Source: Escherichia coli
Lineage (GTDB): Bacteria; Pseudomonadota; Gammaproteobacteria; Enterobacterales; Enterobacteriaceae
Direction: 5' to 3' (one strand)
NCBI RefSeq assembly: GCF_009931435.1
Contig: NZ_CP043414.1
Length of the DNA stretch: 64,000 nucleotides
Translations under genes and position numbers: made by a program
The notes under the pieces: model-generated
Databases searched by the model: none
What the model was told of the DNA's origin: nothing
The model's input: only the letters and a program-made list of their open reading frames with translations
Shown here: piece by piece, positions 1-10,999 of the stretch
Layout: every line of letters begins with the position of its first letter
Position numbering within the stretch: position 1 is the stretch's first letter

Positions 1-1811
1 GCGCTTTGTGGCGCCGGAATTTTTTCGTAGATTTTTTCTCCGCTTTCCCGCCATTTTTCAAAACCAAGATGCCACAGTATTTGTTGCTCCGGTGTAAGCG
101 GTATTAAGTGTTTCTCCCAGCTTGCTTTTTTTATCGGCGGCAGGTCGGTAAACAATGTTTGTTTTGTCGCCTGCTGTTGGGCTATTTGCTGGAAGCGGGT
201 GACAAGGTAAGTACGGGTTAGTCTTTTGGCAATCTCGGGAGTGACATCAGAAACAGAAGGAACTGGAAGCACTGGAAGATCAAACACAGGCGTATTTTTC
301 TTTTTCTCTTTGGTCATCCAGGGCGGCGAAACAAACAGCTCCGGCAACATATCCACAGTGGCATATTCACATTCTTCAGCTACTGGCTGCGGACGACATT
401 CAGATAAGATGCCTGCCGCTTTAGCATTAACCCAGGGAATGACGTCACATACCAACTCTGGCCTGATGGTAATCAGTTTGATAAGTGCGTTACGCCACTG
501 TGCATCTTCGTGTATTGCAAGCAAAGTAGCATAAGCGGCAATAGCTGCAGCGGGATGTTTTTGACAGGCTTTGCTTAAGTATTCCAGGTGCTTTTTCTTG
601 CCAATCACAGCGAGGATCAGAATTTGAATCGCATCCGGGTGATTCGTTTTCCATAGCCATTTGACAAGATTTTCAGTCTCGCTGTTGCGCTCGAAAAGAT
701 AAGTGGGATTGTCAGAATGCTCTTCCGTAAACTCAAGAAGGATCTGGCTTACACCCCGAATTCCATTATTCGCCAGCAACATTGCCAGATAAGCGCGAAA
801 ATTACGAAAATCACGATACAACGGTGGGAAGTCGTATTTTTCCACTGTACTCAGAGCAGTATCATCGGTTATCACCAGTCTTAACCAGGTCATCGCCGGA
901 ACGTTTTGGTCTGCATAGCGTAGAGCCATAGCATTGGCAATATCCGGGCGTTCAGGGAGCAGTAACGCGGCAAAAGGTTGCCGTGCTGGAGATAGCGAGG
1001 GAATAGCCGCGAGTACTTTATCTACACAGCGTTGCCACTCATCTTCTGAAGTGAGTGAAAGATGATGACATAGACGTTGATGCCAACTAGGTAGCGATTC
1101 TGCTTCGTGATTAGGTGGAATGATGGTGGTTACTGCGCCTTTTACTGGTTTATATTTGAGTTGAATAGCGAGAAGGGCAATTTCAACGGCACTTTCCAGA
1201 CCACAGCGAATGACTAAGTCATCGACCAATTCATCTGCAGAGTAAGAGTTCCAAAAACTCCAAAGCAATGCTGCATCAGATTGCGCACTTCCTGTCTGTT
1301 GACTACCCAGAATTCGCATTTGTAACTCAGCAAACGCCTGCTGCCAGTTTTCTGGATAAGAACGGTAATTGTTGTCGGGATCATATGCCCTGGTGTTATC
1401 TGCAATACGCTTCCATATCTCACCGTCTTTGCGCAGATAATTGATCTCTCTGGGGCGAGAGCGATGTGGAAAAGCAAATCGGTTAATATCGTCGGTTAGC
1501 GGAATGGCTGCATCATCAGCCAGCCATGGGCGTTTGTTTTTACTCTCAGGTGAAGTTTCAACTTCAGGAGTGACTTTGGTGACGGGGGGGATATGCACGT
1601 TTGCCGAAGCGTCTTCCACATAGCCTTTTTTCGTTTTCTCAGCGATAAGCTTCAGTTCCGCTTTTTCCGCCGCCGCAGCATCCGCAAAGCTTTTTATCTG
1701 GCTTTGCCCTTGGGTGCCAACTTTTCCCCAACTGATATGCAACTCGTTACCTTGCTGCCCCACCGCCCAGAATTTATGCGATTTTTCGTCCTGATAGATA
1801 TAACTCTTCAT
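1..1811 (-). CDS. molR: WGR-domain protein, MolR-like; N-terminal ~603 codons, gene continues beyond window start
   Basis: ATG at 1811 on minus strand gives MKSYIYQDEKSHKFWAVGQQGNELHISWGKVGTQG (WGR-like N-terminus). Frame hand-checked at 1-360, 1020-1080, 1440-1480 and 1800-1811 with no stop or frame change; not every codon checked. Lies downstream of metG on the same strand as in K-12. Confidence 0.65.
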   Translation of the reverse strand, partial: MKSYIYQDEKSHKFWAVGQQGNELHISWGKVGTQGQSQIKSFADAAAAEKAELKLIAEKTKKGYVEDASANVHIPPVTKVTPEVETSPESKNKRPWLADDAAIPLTDDINRFAFPHRSRPREINYLRKDGEIWKRIADNTRAYDPDNNYRSYPENWQQAFAELQMRILGSQQTGSAQSDAALLWSFWNSYSADELVDDLVIRCGLESAVEIALLAIQLKYKPVKGAVTTIIPPNHEAESLPSWHQRLCHHLSLTSEDEWQRCVDKVLAAIPSLSPARQPFAALLLPERPDIANAMALRYADQNVPAMTWLRLVITDDTALSTVEKYDFPPLYRDFRNFRAYLAMLLANNGIRGVSQILLEFTEEHSDNPTYLFERNSETENLVKWLWKTNHPDAIQILILAVIGKKKHLEYLSKACQKHPAAAIAAYATLLAIHEDAQWRNALIKLITIRPELVCDVIPWVNAKAAGILSECRPQPVAEECEYATVDMLPELFVSPPWMTKEKKKNTPVFDLPVLPVPSVSDVTPEIAKRLTRTYLVTRFQQIAQQQATKQTLFTDLPPIKKASWEKHLIPLTPEQQILWHLGFEKWRESGEKIYEKIPAPQS

Positions 1812-1910
1812 CCGCGTTCCCTGTATTTATATCCAGTTATAAGCGGATGCTAGCAGTTAATGAAAAAAATTAAGAGCGTTGAACAAACAAGAAAACAACT
1901 TTAGGAATTC

Positions 1911-1940
1911 ATAAAGAAAAGGCGCTGTCGATGCAGCGCC
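1911..1940 (-). terminator. Probable rho-independent terminator of metG
   Basis: Inverted repeat ggcgctg/cagcgcc (about 1921-1940) followed on the minus-strand transcript by a U-rich run, directly after the metG stop. Confidence 0.5.
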
Positions 1941-1951
1941 TTGAAGGGGGA

Positions 1952-3985
1952 TTATTTCACCTGATGGCCCGGTTTAGCACCGGCATCCGGGCTTAGCAGG
2001 AAAATATCTTTCCCGCCAGGACCGGCAGCCATCACCATGCCTTCAGAGATACCGAAGCGCATTTTACGTGGTGCCAGGTTAGCCACCATAATGGTGTGAC
2101 GACCAATAAGTGCCTGCGGATCCGGGTAAGCAGAACGAATGCCGGAGAAGACATTGCGTTTTTCACCGCCGAGATCCAGTGTCAGGCGCAGCAGTTTGTC
2201 AGAACCTTCAACAAACTCTGCGTTTTCAATCAGCGCCACGCGCAGGTCAACTTTAGCGAAGTCGTCAAAGGTGATGGTTTCCTGAATCGGATCATCTGCC
2301 AGCGGGCCAGTCACGGGGGCGGCAGTGGCTTTCACTTCTTCTTTAGACGCTTCCACCAGTGCTTCAACCTGCTTCATATCGATGCGGTTATACAGCGCCT
2401 TGAACGGATTCACTTTGTGGCCCAGCAGCGGTTGCTGGATGCCATCCCAGGTCAGTTCCGTATTGAGGAATGCTTCTGCACGCTCGGTCAGTTTTGGCAG
2501 TACCGGCTTCAGGTAAGTCATCAGTACGCGGAACAGGTTAATGCCCATAGAGCAAATCGCCTGCAGGTCAGCATCGCGACCTTCCTGCTTCGCCACCACC
2601 CACGGAGCCTGTTCATCGACATAGCGGTTAGCCAGGTCAGCCAGTGCCATGATTTCGCGCACTGCTTTACCAAATTCACGGCTTTCCCATGCTTCACCAA
2701 TCACTTCAGCGGCATCCGTGAAGGTTTTGTACAACTGCGGGTCAGCCAGTTCGCTTGCCAGCACGCCGTCAAAACGTTTGTTGATAAAGCCTGCGTTACG
2801 GGACGCCAGATTAACCACTTTGTTGACGATATCGGCATTCACACGCTGAACGAAATCTTCCAGGTTGAGATCGATATCATCAATGCGCGAAGAGAGTTTC
2901 GCAGTGTAGTAGTAACGCAGGCTGTCAGCGTCAAAATGATTCAGCCAGGTGCTGGCTTTAATAAAGGTGCCGCGAGACTTGGACATCTTCGCGCCGTTCA
3001 CCGTTACATAGCCGTGAACAAACAGGTTGGTCGGCTTGCGGAAGTTGCTACCTTCCAACATGGCAGGCCAGAACAGGCTGTGGAAGTAAACAATATCTTT
3101 ACCGATGAAGTGGTACAGCTCGGCGGTGGAGTCTTTCTTCCAGTATTCATCGAAGCTTACGCTGTCGCCGCGCTTGTCACACAGATTCTTGAAAGAACCC
3201 ATGTAGCCAATCGGTGCGTCCAGCCAGACGTAGAAATATTTGCCCGGCGCGTTCGGAATTTCAAAACCGAAGTACGGTGCATCGCGGGAGATATCCCATT
3301 GTTGCAGGCCAGATTCAAACCACTCCTGCATTTTGTTTGCCACCTGCTCCTGCAACGCACCGCTGCGGGTCCATGCCTGCAGCATTTCGCTGAAAGAGGG
3401 CAGATCAAAGAAGAAGTGTTCAGAATCACGCATTACCGGGGTAGCGCCAGAAACCACCGATTTCGGCTCGATCAGTTCAGTCGGGCTATATGTTGCGCCG
3501 CAGACTTCACAGTTATCGCCGTATTGATCCGGTGATTTACATTTCGGGCAGGTGCCTTTCACAAAACGGTCCGGCAGGAACATGCCTTTTTCCGGATCGT
3601 ACAGTTGAGAGATGGTGCGGTTTTTAATAAAACCGTTTTCCTTCAGGCGAGTATAGATAAGCTCAGACAACTGACGGTTCTCTTCACTGTGCGTCGAGTG
3701 ATAGTTGTCATAGCTGATGTTAAAGCCTGCGAAATCAGTCTGATGCTCCTGACTCATTTCGCCAATCATCTGCTCCGGAGTGATACCAAGCTGCTGAGCT
3801 TTCAGCATGATTGGTGTACCGTGGGCATCGTCGGCGCAGATGAAGTTGACCTCGTGGCCGCGCATTCGCTGGTAACGGACCCAGACATCAGCCTGGATGT
3901 GCTCCAGCATATGGCCGAGGTGGATTGAGCCGTTAGCGTACGGCAGTGCGCACGTCACCAGAATTTTCTTCGCGACTTGAGTCAT
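1952..3985 (-). CDS. metG: Methionine--tRNA ligase
   Basis: 680-aa ORF with HIGH-type motif ([11 protein letters not shown]) and KMSKS motif. Start set at the internal ATG giving [10 protein letters not shown] (677 aa) from memory of K-12 MetG; the ORF could begin 3 codons upstream (MPTMTQ). Confidence 0.95.
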   Translation of the reverse strand: MTQVAKKILVTCALPYANGSIHLGHMLEHIQADVWVRYQRMRGHEVNFICADDAHGTPIMLKAQQLGITPEQMIGEMSQEHQTDFAGFNISYDNYHSTHSEENRQLSELIYTRLKENGFIKNRTISQLYDPEKGMFLPDRFVKGTCPKCKSPDQYGDNCEVCGATYSPTELIEPKSVVSGATPVMRDSEHFFFDLPSFSEMLQAWTRSGALQEQVANKMQEWFESGLQQWDISRDAPYFGFEIPNAPGKYFYVWLDAPIGYMGSFKNLCDKRGDSVSFDEYWKKDSTAELYHFIGKDIVYFHSLFWPAMLEGSNFRKPTNLFVHGYVTVNGAKMSKSRGTFIKASTWLNHFDADSLRYYYTAKLSSRIDDIDLNLEDFVQRVNADIVNKVVNLASRNAGFINKRFDGVLASELADPQLYKTFTDAAEVIGEAWESREFGKAVREIMALADLANRYVDEQAPWVVAKQEGRDADLQAICSMGINLFRVLMTYLKPVLPKLTERAEAFLNTELTWDGIQQPLLGHKVNPFKALYNRIDMKQVEALVEASKEEVKATAAPVTGPLADDPIQETITFDDFAKVDLRVALIENAEFVEGSDKLLRLTLDLGGEKRNVFSGIRSAYPDPQALIGRHTIMVANLAPRKMRFGISEGMVMAAGPGGKDIFLLSPDAGAKPGHQVK

Positions 3986-4152
3986 AGTAGGCATTACTTC
4001 TTTGTAGTGAAAAGGGCTTAGATAGTACCAAATGGGGCATGGTTACGTAAGTCCTGTGCAAGCATCTTATGATGCATTATTAGGTAAGTACTTAGCTGTT
4101 AACTTCAGGTAAACTAATAGCGATAAGTTATCTTTATAAATAAGGAGTCGGG

Positions 4153-5262
4153 ATGAACGAACAATCCCAGGCCAAATCACCAGAAGCCCTGCGCGCAATG
4201 GTCGCCGGGACACTGGCCAATTTTCAGCACCCAACCCTCAAGCATAACCTCACCACGCTGAAAGCGTTGCACCATGTCGCCTGGATGGACGACACGCTGC
4301 ATGTGGAACTGGTTATGCCGTTCGTATGGCATAGCGCGTTCGAAGAGTTAAAAGAGCAATGTAGCGCCGAACTGCTGCGCATTACCGGGGCGAAAGCTAT
4401 CGACTGGAAACTGTCGCACAATATCGCCACCTTAAAACGCGTGAAGAATCAGCCGGGAATTAACGGCGTGAAGAACATCATTGCGGTCAGCTCCGGTAAA
4501 GGCGGCGTGGGTAAATCCTCCACGGCGGTAAATCTGGCGCTGGCACTGGCGGCGGAAGGGGCGAAAGTCGGCATTCTGGACGCCGATATCTACGGCCCAT
4601 CAATACCCACCATGCTGGGCGCAGAAAATCAGCGTCCAACTTCGCCGGACGGTACCCATATGGCACCGATTATGTCTCATGGACTGGCAACCAATTCAAT
4701 TGGTTATCTGGTCACTGACGACAATGCGATGGTGTGGCGTGGTCCGATGGCGAGCAAGGCGTTAATGCAGATGTTGCAGGAAACCTTGTGGCCGGATCTC
4801 GACTATCTGGTGCTTGATATGCCGCCAGGCACCGGTGACATTCAATTGACACTGGCACAAAACATTCCAGTAACTGGCGCGGTAGTGGTCACCACCCCGC
4901 AGGACATTGCGTTGATCGATGCGAAAAAAGGCATTGTGATGTTCGAGAAAGTCGAGGTTCCGGTGCTCGGTATTGTCGAGAACATGAGTGTGCATATTTG
5001 CAGTAACTGTGGTCACCATGAACCGATTTTCGGTACCGGTGGTGCAGAGAAACTGGCCGAGAAATACCACACGCAGTTGCTGGGGCAGATGCCGTTACAC
5101 ATTTCCTTACGTGAAGATCTCGATAAAGGCACGCCAACAGTTATCAGCCGTCCGGAGAGCGAATTTACTGCTATCTACCGCCAGCTGGCTGACCGCGTTG
5201 CAGCCCAGCTTTATTGGCAGGGAGAAGTCATTCCTGGCGAGATTTCCTTCCGCGCGGTCTGA
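4153..5262 (+). CDS. mrp: Fe-S cluster carrier ATPase Mrp/ApbC
   Basis: 369-aa ORF with deviant Walker A (SSGKGGVGKSS) and CxxC (CSNCGHH); divergent from metG as in K-12. Confidence 0.95.
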   Translation: MNEQSQAKSPEALRAMVAGTLANFQHPTLKHNLTTLKALHHVAWMDDTLHVELVMPFVWHSAFEELKEQCSAELLRITGAKAIDWKLSHNIATLKRVKNQPGINGVKNIIAVSSGKGGVGKSSTAVNLALALAAEGAKVGILDADIYGPSIPTMLGAENQRPTSPDGTHMAPIMSHGLATNSIGYLVTDDNAMVWRGPMASKALMQMLQETLWPDLDYLVLDMPPGTGDIQLTLAQNIPVTGAVVVTTPQDIALIDAKKGIVMFEKVEVPVLGIVENMSVHICSNCGHHEPIFGTGGAEKLAEKYHTQLLGQMPLHISLREDLDKGTPTVISRPESEFTAIYRQLADRVAAQLYWQGEVIPGEISFRAV

Positions 5263-5290
5263 CGCGCATTAACCTTTTTGGTTGTTTTTT

Positions 5291-5335
5291 ATACACCGCA
5301 GAGATGTTACATTGATGCGGTGTATTTGTTTTTGC
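5291..5335 (+). terminator. Probable rho-independent terminator after mrp
   Basis: Hairpin acaccgca...tgcggtgt followed by atttgttttt. Confidence 0.5.
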
Positions 5336-5524
5336 CGCATTAATGAACACTTATTTAATGCTGCGAATATTCTGCGGACCTTCGTCCGAAACTCTATAAA
5401 GTCGATTGATCGTACAGGCAATGCATCATTATCATCCTTCGTGGCTGTGTAGTGGATGTACAGCTATAGTTTGTTATGCACTCATTCTATCCAGGCATAA
5501 CCTTTACTACAGGGATAACGTTCA

Positions 5525-5806
5525 ATGAATAAGTACTGGCTGTCAGGAATTATTTTTCTTGCCTATGGAATGGCTTCTCCCGCGTTCTCTTCACAGACTG
5601 CCACATTAACGATTAATGGCAGGATCAGTCCCCCAACATGCAGTATGGCTATGGTTAATGGTCAACCTCAACAGCATTGTGGTCAGTTAACGTATGATGT
5701 TGATACCCGTCATCAGGTTTCTTCGCCAGTCAAAGGTGTGACGACAGAAGTGGTTGTTGCAGGTAGCGATAGCAAACGTCGAATCGTGTTAAATCGCTAC
5801 GATTAA
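5525..5806 (+). CDS. yehE: Small secreted protein YehE
   Basis: 93-aa ORF with N-terminal signal peptide (MNKYWLSGIIFLAYGMASPAFS); position upstream of the yeh fimbrial genes. Confidence 0.75.
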   Translation: MNKYWLSGIIFLAYGMASPAFSSQTATLTINGRISPPTCSMAMVNGQPQQHCGQLTYDVDTRHQVSSPVKGVTTEVVVAGSDSKRRIVLNRYD

Positions 5807-6101
5807 TTTGCCACCCTGGTTTTTTAAGCGGATTTAGAAAGCTGAAATCATTCGTGTGAATGATTTCAGCTTTTTTATTGATATTAATAATACCATTTAA
5901 AAAAATCTGCATTAATTAATAGATGTGATAAATATTTAATATGCTTAAGTATTTGTTGTATTTATATTGCAATAGTTAATTTGTTTTAAATCAATAAAAC
6001 AATATGTTTACATTGCGGCAACTTTTTTGATGTGAGAAATTTGTTTCCAAGAGATACAGACTCTTAACAACCAAAAAATAAATTTTATTAAGGGACATAT
6101 T

Positions 6102-6644
6102 ATGAAACGTTCAATTATTGCTGCCGCTGTCTTTTCTTCTTTTTTTATGAGCGCTGGGGTATTTGCCGCAGACGTTGATACCGGAACATTAACCATTAAA
6201 GGGAATATTGCAGAATCTCCGTGTAAATTCGAAGCGGGTGGCGATTCAGTAAGTATTAATATGCCAACTGTACCAACCACTGTCTTTGAAGGTAAAGCTA
6301 AATACTCGACCTATGATGATGCAGTCGGTGTAACCAGCAGCATGTTAAAAATTAGCTGTCCGAAAGAAGTTGCTGGTGTAAAACTCTCGTTGATTACCAA
6401 CGATAAAATAACCGGAAACGATAAGGCGATAGCCAGTAGCAACGATACCGTGGGGTACTATCTCTATTTAGGTGATAACAGCGATGTCCTGGATGTTTCT
6501 GCACCTTTTAACATTGAAAGTTATAAAACAGCGGAAGGTCAATATGCTATTCCGTTTAAAGCAAAATACCTGAAGCTGACAGATAATTCAGTGCAATCAG
6601 GTGATGTGTTATCTTCTCTGGTTATGCGTGTGGCGCAGGATTAA
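6102..6644 (+). CDS. yehD: Fimbrial major subunit-like protein
   Basis: 180-aa ORF with signal peptide and conserved fimbrial Cys pair; first gene of a subunit-chaperone-usher-adhesin array. Confidence 0.85.
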   Translation: MKRSIIAAAVFSSFFMSAGVFAADVDTGTLTIKGNIAESPCKFEAGGDSVSINMPTVPTTVFEGKAKYSTYDDAVGVTSSMLKISCPKEVAGVKLSLITNDKITGNDKAIASSNDTVGYYLYLGDNSDVLDVSAPFNIESYKTAEGQYAIPFKAKYLKLTDNSVQSGDVLSSLVMRVAQD

Positions 6645-6724
6645 TAAATAAAATTTCAAATTTCTCCAGGTAATAAACATGGCCGCTATCCCCATGGCGG
6701 CCTTTTAATTTAAGAGGCATTAAG

Positions 6725-7399
6725 ATGAAAGGATTATTAGCTTTACTCATTTCTTCTATGGTCCTTCCTGCACATGCCGGTATTGTCATCTACGGGACGC
6801 GTATTATTTACCCGGCAGAAAACAAAGAAGTGACGGTGCAGTTGATGAATCAGGGAAACCGTTCTTCGCTGCTGCAGGCGTGGATTGATGATGGCGATAC
6901 GTCGTTACCACCAGAAAAAATTCAGGTTCCTTTCATGTTAACGCCACCAGTGGCAAAAATAGGGGCAAATTCCGGGCAGCAAGTAAAAATCAAAATTATG
7001 TCGAATAAACTGCCCACTAATAAAGAGAGCATTTTTTATCTGAATGTTCTGGATATTCCACCAAATAGTCCAGAGCAAGAGGGCAAGAATGCACTGAAAT
7101 TTGCAATGCAAAACAGAATCAAATTGTTTTACCGGCCTGCGGGTATTGCACCGGTAAATAAAGCGACATTTAAAAAGTTACTGGTAAATCGCAGTGGCAA
7201 TGGATTGGTGATAAAAAATGACTCAGCAAATTGGGTAACGATTTCGGATGTCAAAGCTAATAATGTCAAAGTCAATTATGAAACTATTATGATTGCCCCC
7301 TTAGAAAGTCAGAGTATTAATGTCAAAAGTAATAATGCGAATAACTGGTATCTGACCATTATCGATGACCATGGCAACTATATTAGTGACAAAATTTAA
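6725..7399 (+). CDS. yehC: Periplasmic fimbrial chaperone (PapD-like)
   Basis: 224-aa ORF with signal peptide; chaperone-like N-terminal region (IVIYGTRIIYPAENKEVTVQLMNQG). Confidence 0.85.
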   Translation: MKGLLALLISSMVLPAHAGIVIYGTRIIYPAENKEVTVQLMNQGNRSSLLQAWIDDGDTSLPPEKIQVPFMLTPPVAKIGANSGQQVKIKIMSNKLPTNKESIFYLNVLDIPPNSPEQEGKNALKFAMQNRIKLFYRPAGIAPVNKATFKKLLVNRSGNGLVIKNDSANWVTISDVKANNVKVNYETIMIAPLESQSINVKSNNANNWYLTIIDDHGNYISDKI

Positions 7400-7414
7400 T
7401 TGCAGGAGCTGCCT

Positions 7415-9895
7415 ATGTTGAGAATGACCCCACTTGCATCAGCAATCGTAGCGTTATTGCTCGGCATTGAAGCTTATGCAGCTGAAGAAACCTTTGATAC
7501 CCATTTTATGATAGGTGGAATGAAAGACCAGCAGGTTGCAAATATTCGTCTTGATGATAATCAACCCTTGCCGGGGCAGTATGACATCGATATTTATGTC
7601 AATAAGCAATGGCGCGGGAAATATGAGATTATTGTTAAAGACAACCCGCAAGAAACATGTTTATCAAGGGAAATTATCAAGCGGTTAGGCATTAATACCG
7701 ATAACTTTGCCAGCGGTAAGCAATGTTTAACATTTGAGCAACTTGTTCACGGTGGGAGATATACCTGGGATATCGGAGTTTTTCGTCTCGATTTCAGTGT
7801 ACCGCAGGCGTGGGTGGAGGAACTGGAAAGTGGCTATGTTCCACCGGAAAACTGGGAGCGGGGTATTAATGCGTTTTATACCTCTTATTATGTGAGTCAG
7901 TATTACAGCGACTATAAAGCGTCGGGTAATAGCAAGAGTACATATGTACGTTTTAACAGCGGGTTAAATTTACTGGGGTGGCAACTGCATTCTGATGCCA
8001 GTTTCAGTAAAACAAATAGCAATCCAGGGGTGTGGAAAAGCAATACCCTGTATCTGGAACGTGGATTTGCCCAACTTCTCGGCACGCTTCGCGTGGGTGA
8101 TATGTACACATCAAGCGATATTTTCGATTCTGTTCGCTTCAGCGGTGTGCGGTTGTTTCGTGATATGCAGATGTTGCCTAACTCGAAACAAAATTTTACT
8201 CCACGGGTGCAGGGGATTGCTCAGAGTAACGCGCTGGTAACGATTGAACAGAACGGTTTTGTGGTTTATCAGAAAGAGGTTCCTCCTGGCCCGTTTGCGA
8301 TTACAGATTTGCAGTTGGCCGGTGGTGGAGCAGATCTTGATGTCAGCGTGAAAGAGGCGGACGGTTCGGTAACCACCTATCTGGTGCCTTATGCAGCAGT
8401 GCCGAATATGCTGCAACCCGGCGTGTCGAAATATGATTTTGCGGCAGGTCGTAGCCATATTGAAGGGGCGAGCAAACAAAGTGATTTTGTTCAGGCGGGT
8501 TATCAGTATGGTTTTAATAACTTATTGACGCTGTATGGCGGATCGATGGTCGCGAATAATTATTACGCGTTCACTTTGGGCACAGGCTGGAATACACGCA
8601 TTGGTGCCATTTCCGTCGATGCCACGAAGTCGCATAGTAAACAAGACAACGGCGATGTGTTTGACGGGCAAAGTTATCAAATTGCCTACAACAAATTTGT
8701 GAGCCAAACGTCGACGCGTTTTGGTCTGGCGGCCTGGCGTTATTCGTCGCGTGATTACCGGACATTTAACGATCACGTTTGGGCAAACAATAAAGATAAT
8801 TATCGCCGTGATGAAAACGATATCTATGACATTGCCGATTATTACCAGAACGATTTTGGCCGTAAAAATAGCTTTTCTGCCAATATGAGCCAGTCATTGC
8901 CAGAAGGCTGGGGTTCTGTGTCCTTAAGTACGTTATGGCGAGATTACTGGGGGCGTAGCGGCAGCAGTAAGGATTATCAGTTGAGTTATTCCAACAACCT
9001 GCGACGGATAAGCTATACCCTCGCGGCAAGCCAGGCTTATGACGAGAATCATCATGAAGAGAAACGTTTTAATATTTTTATATCGATTCCCTTTGATTGG
9101 GGTGATGACGTTACGACGCCTCGTCGGCAAATATATATGTCTAACTCAACGACGTTTGATGATCAGGGTTTTGCCTCAAATAATACGGGATTATCGGGAA
9201 CCGTTGGAAGCCGGGATCAATTTAACTATGGGGTCAACCTGAGTCATCAGCATCAGGGAAATGAAACGACAGCTGGAGCGAATTTAACCTGGAACGCGCC
9301 GGTGGCAACGGTGAATGGCAGTTATAGTCAGTCGAGTACTTATCGACAGGCTGGAGCCAGTCTTTCAGGGGGCATTGTCGCCTGGTCGGGTGGCGTTAAT
9401 CTGGCGAACCGTCTTTCCGAAACGTTTGCTGTGATGAATGCGCCAGGAATTAAAGATGCTTATGTCAATGGGCAAAAATATCGCACAACAAACCGTAATG
9501 GAGTGGTGGTATACGACGGAATGACACCTTATCGGGAAAATCACCTGATGCTGGATGTGTCGCAAAGCGATAGCGAAGCAGAATTACGTGGCAACCGGAA
9601 CATTGCCGTCCCTTTTCGCGGCGCGGTTGTACTGGTTAATTTTGATACCGATCAGCGCAAGCCCTGGTTTATAAAAGCGTTAAGAGCGGATGGGCAACCA
9701 TTAACGTTTGGTTATGAAGTCAATGATATCCACGGTCACAATATTGGTGTTGTCGGTCAGGGAAGCCAGTTATTTATCCGCACTAATGATGTACCGCCAT
9801 CGGTTAATGTGGCAATTGATAAACAACAAGGGCTCTCATGCACAATCACCTTCGGTAAAGAGATTGATGAAAATAGGAATTATATTTGCCAGTAA
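7415..9895 (+). CDS. yehB: Outer-membrane fimbrial usher
   Basis: About 826 aa, usher-sized. Track ORF begins at a TTG at 7400; ATG at 7415 is preceded by aggag and gives MLRMTPLASA with a signal peptide. Confidence 0.9.
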   Translation: MLRMTPLASAIVALLLGIEAYAAEETFDTHFMIGGMKDQQVANIRLDDNQPLPGQYDIDIYVNKQWRGKYEIIVKDNPQETCLSREIIKRLGINTDNFASGKQCLTFEQLVHGGRYTWDIGVFRLDFSVPQAWVEELESGYVPPENWERGINAFYTSYYVSQYYSDYKASGNSKSTYVRFNSGLNLLGWQLHSDASFSKTNSNPGVWKSNTLYLERGFAQLLGTLRVGDMYTSSDIFDSVRFSGVRLFRDMQMLPNSKQNFTPRVQGIAQSNALVTIEQNGFVVYQKEVPPGPFAITDLQLAGGGADLDVSVKEADGSVTTYLVPYAAVPNMLQPGVSKYDFAAGRSHIEGASKQSDFVQAGYQYGFNNLLTLYGGSMVANNYYAFTLGTGWNTRIGAISVDATKSHSKQDNGDVFDGQSYQIAYNKFVSQTSTRFGLAAWRYSSRDYRTFNDHVWANNKDNYRRDENDIYDIADYYQNDFGRKNSFSANMSQSLPEGWGSVSLSTLWRDYWGRSGSSKDYQLSYSNNLRRISYTLAASQAYDENHHEEKRFNIFISIPFDWGDDVTTPRRQIYMSNSTTFDDQGFASNNTGLSGTVGSRDQFNYGVNLSHQHQGNETTAGANLTWNAPVATVNGSYSQSSTYRQAGASLSGGIVAWSGGVNLANRLSETFAVMNAPGIKDAYVNGQKYRTTNRNGVVVYDGMTPYRENHLMLDVSQSDSEAELRGNRNIAVPFRGAVVLVNFDTDQRKPWFIKALRADGQPLTFGYEVNDIHGHNIGVVGQGSQLFIRTNDVPPSVNVAIDKQQGLSCTITFGKEIDENRNYICQ

Positions 9896-9910
9896 TAATC
9901 GGGTGGCTCT

Positions 9911-10945
9911 ATGAAAATTCGCATAATGTTATTTATATTAATTATGATGGTAATGCCTGTGAGTTATGCAGCATGTTATGGAGAGTTATCTGCTCAGCAT
10001 AATTTGGCTGTTCAGGGGGATTTTGCACTGACTCAAACACAAACGGCGACATATGAGCATAATTTCAACGATTCATCATGTGTGAGTACAAATACCATCA
10101 TTCCCATGAATTCATCGGATATTATTGTTGGGCTGTATAACGATACTATTAAATTAAATTTACATTTTGAATGGATCAATAAAAACAACATCACGTTGTC
10201 AAATAATCAGACCAGTTTCACCAGTGGTTATTCGATAACGGTAACACCTGCGGCTAGTAATGCAAAAGTAAATGTTTCTGCGGGGGGCAGCGGTTCAGTG
10301 ATGATTAATGGTGTTGCGACATTATCCAGTGCTTCATCATCGACACGCGGGAGTGCTGCAGTACAATTTTTACTGTGTTTATTCGGTGGCAAGTCATGGG
10401 ATGCATGTGTAAATAGCTACAGAAATGCATTGGCACAAAATGCAGGTGTCTATTCCTTTAATCTGACATTGTCATACAACCCGATAACCACAACCTGCAA
10501 ACCGGACGATTTATTAATTACTTTAGAGAGTATTCCCATTTCACAATTACCAGCTACAGGTAACAAAGCAACAATAAATAGTAACAAAGGGGATATTGTT
10601 CTGCGTTGTAAAAACTTATTAGGTCAACAAAATCAAACATCACGGAAAATGCAGGTGTATTTATCAAGTTCTGATTTGTTAACCAACAGCAACACAATAC
10701 TGAAAGGTGCGGAAGATAATGGCGTAGGATTTATTCTTGAAAGTAATGGTTCTCCAGTCACACTTTTAAATATCACTAACAGCAGTAAAGAATACACAAA
10801 TTTAAAAGAAATTGCGGCAAAGTCAAAACTTACAGATACAACGGTTTCAATTCCGGTAACTGCCAGTTACTACGTCTACGATACAAATAAAGTTAAATCT
10901 GGCGCTCTGGAGGCTACCGCCTTAATCAACGTGAAATATGATTAA
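9911..10945 (+). CDS. yehA: Fimbrial adhesin-like tip protein
   Basis: 344-aa ORF with signal peptide, last gene of the yehDCBA array. Confidence 0.8.
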   Translation: MKIRIMLFILIMMVMPVSYAACYGELSAQHNLAVQGDFALTQTQTATYEHNFNDSSCVSTNTIIPMNSSDIIVGLYNDTIKLNLHFEWINKNNITLSNNQTSFTSGYSITVTPAASNAKVNVSAGGSGSVMINGVATLSSASSSTRGSAAVQFLLCLFGGKSWDACVNSYRNALAQNAGVYSFNLTLSYNPITTTCKPDDLLITLESIPISQLPATGNKATINSNKGDIVLRCKNLLGQQNQTSRKMQVYLSSSDLLTNSNTILKGAEDNGVGFILESNGSPVTLLNITNSSKEYTNLKEIAAKSKLTDTTVSIPVTASYYVYDTNKVKSGALEATALINVKYD

Positions 10946-10999
10946 TAACAAGTAAGACGAGCAAGTGGCTAATAATAAAAAATAACAAGGTGTCTGCAT

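Noticed and set aside
2096-3535. 479-aa plus-strand ORF antisense to metG
   Set aside because: Lies entirely inside the well-supported metG frame on the opposite strand; low-complexity, Arg/Gln/Phe-rich translation typical of antisense frames of GC-balanced genes; no recognisable motif.
7400-7414. Track start of yehB at a TTG codon, and similar N-terminal extensions for udk, yegH, fbaB, rcnB, mdtA, yegP, yegR, wzc and gatY
   Set aside because: In each case a downstream ATG with a better ribosome-binding site and a canonical N-terminus (signal peptide or known protein start) is more plausible; the longer frames come from the ORF caller taking the first possible start.
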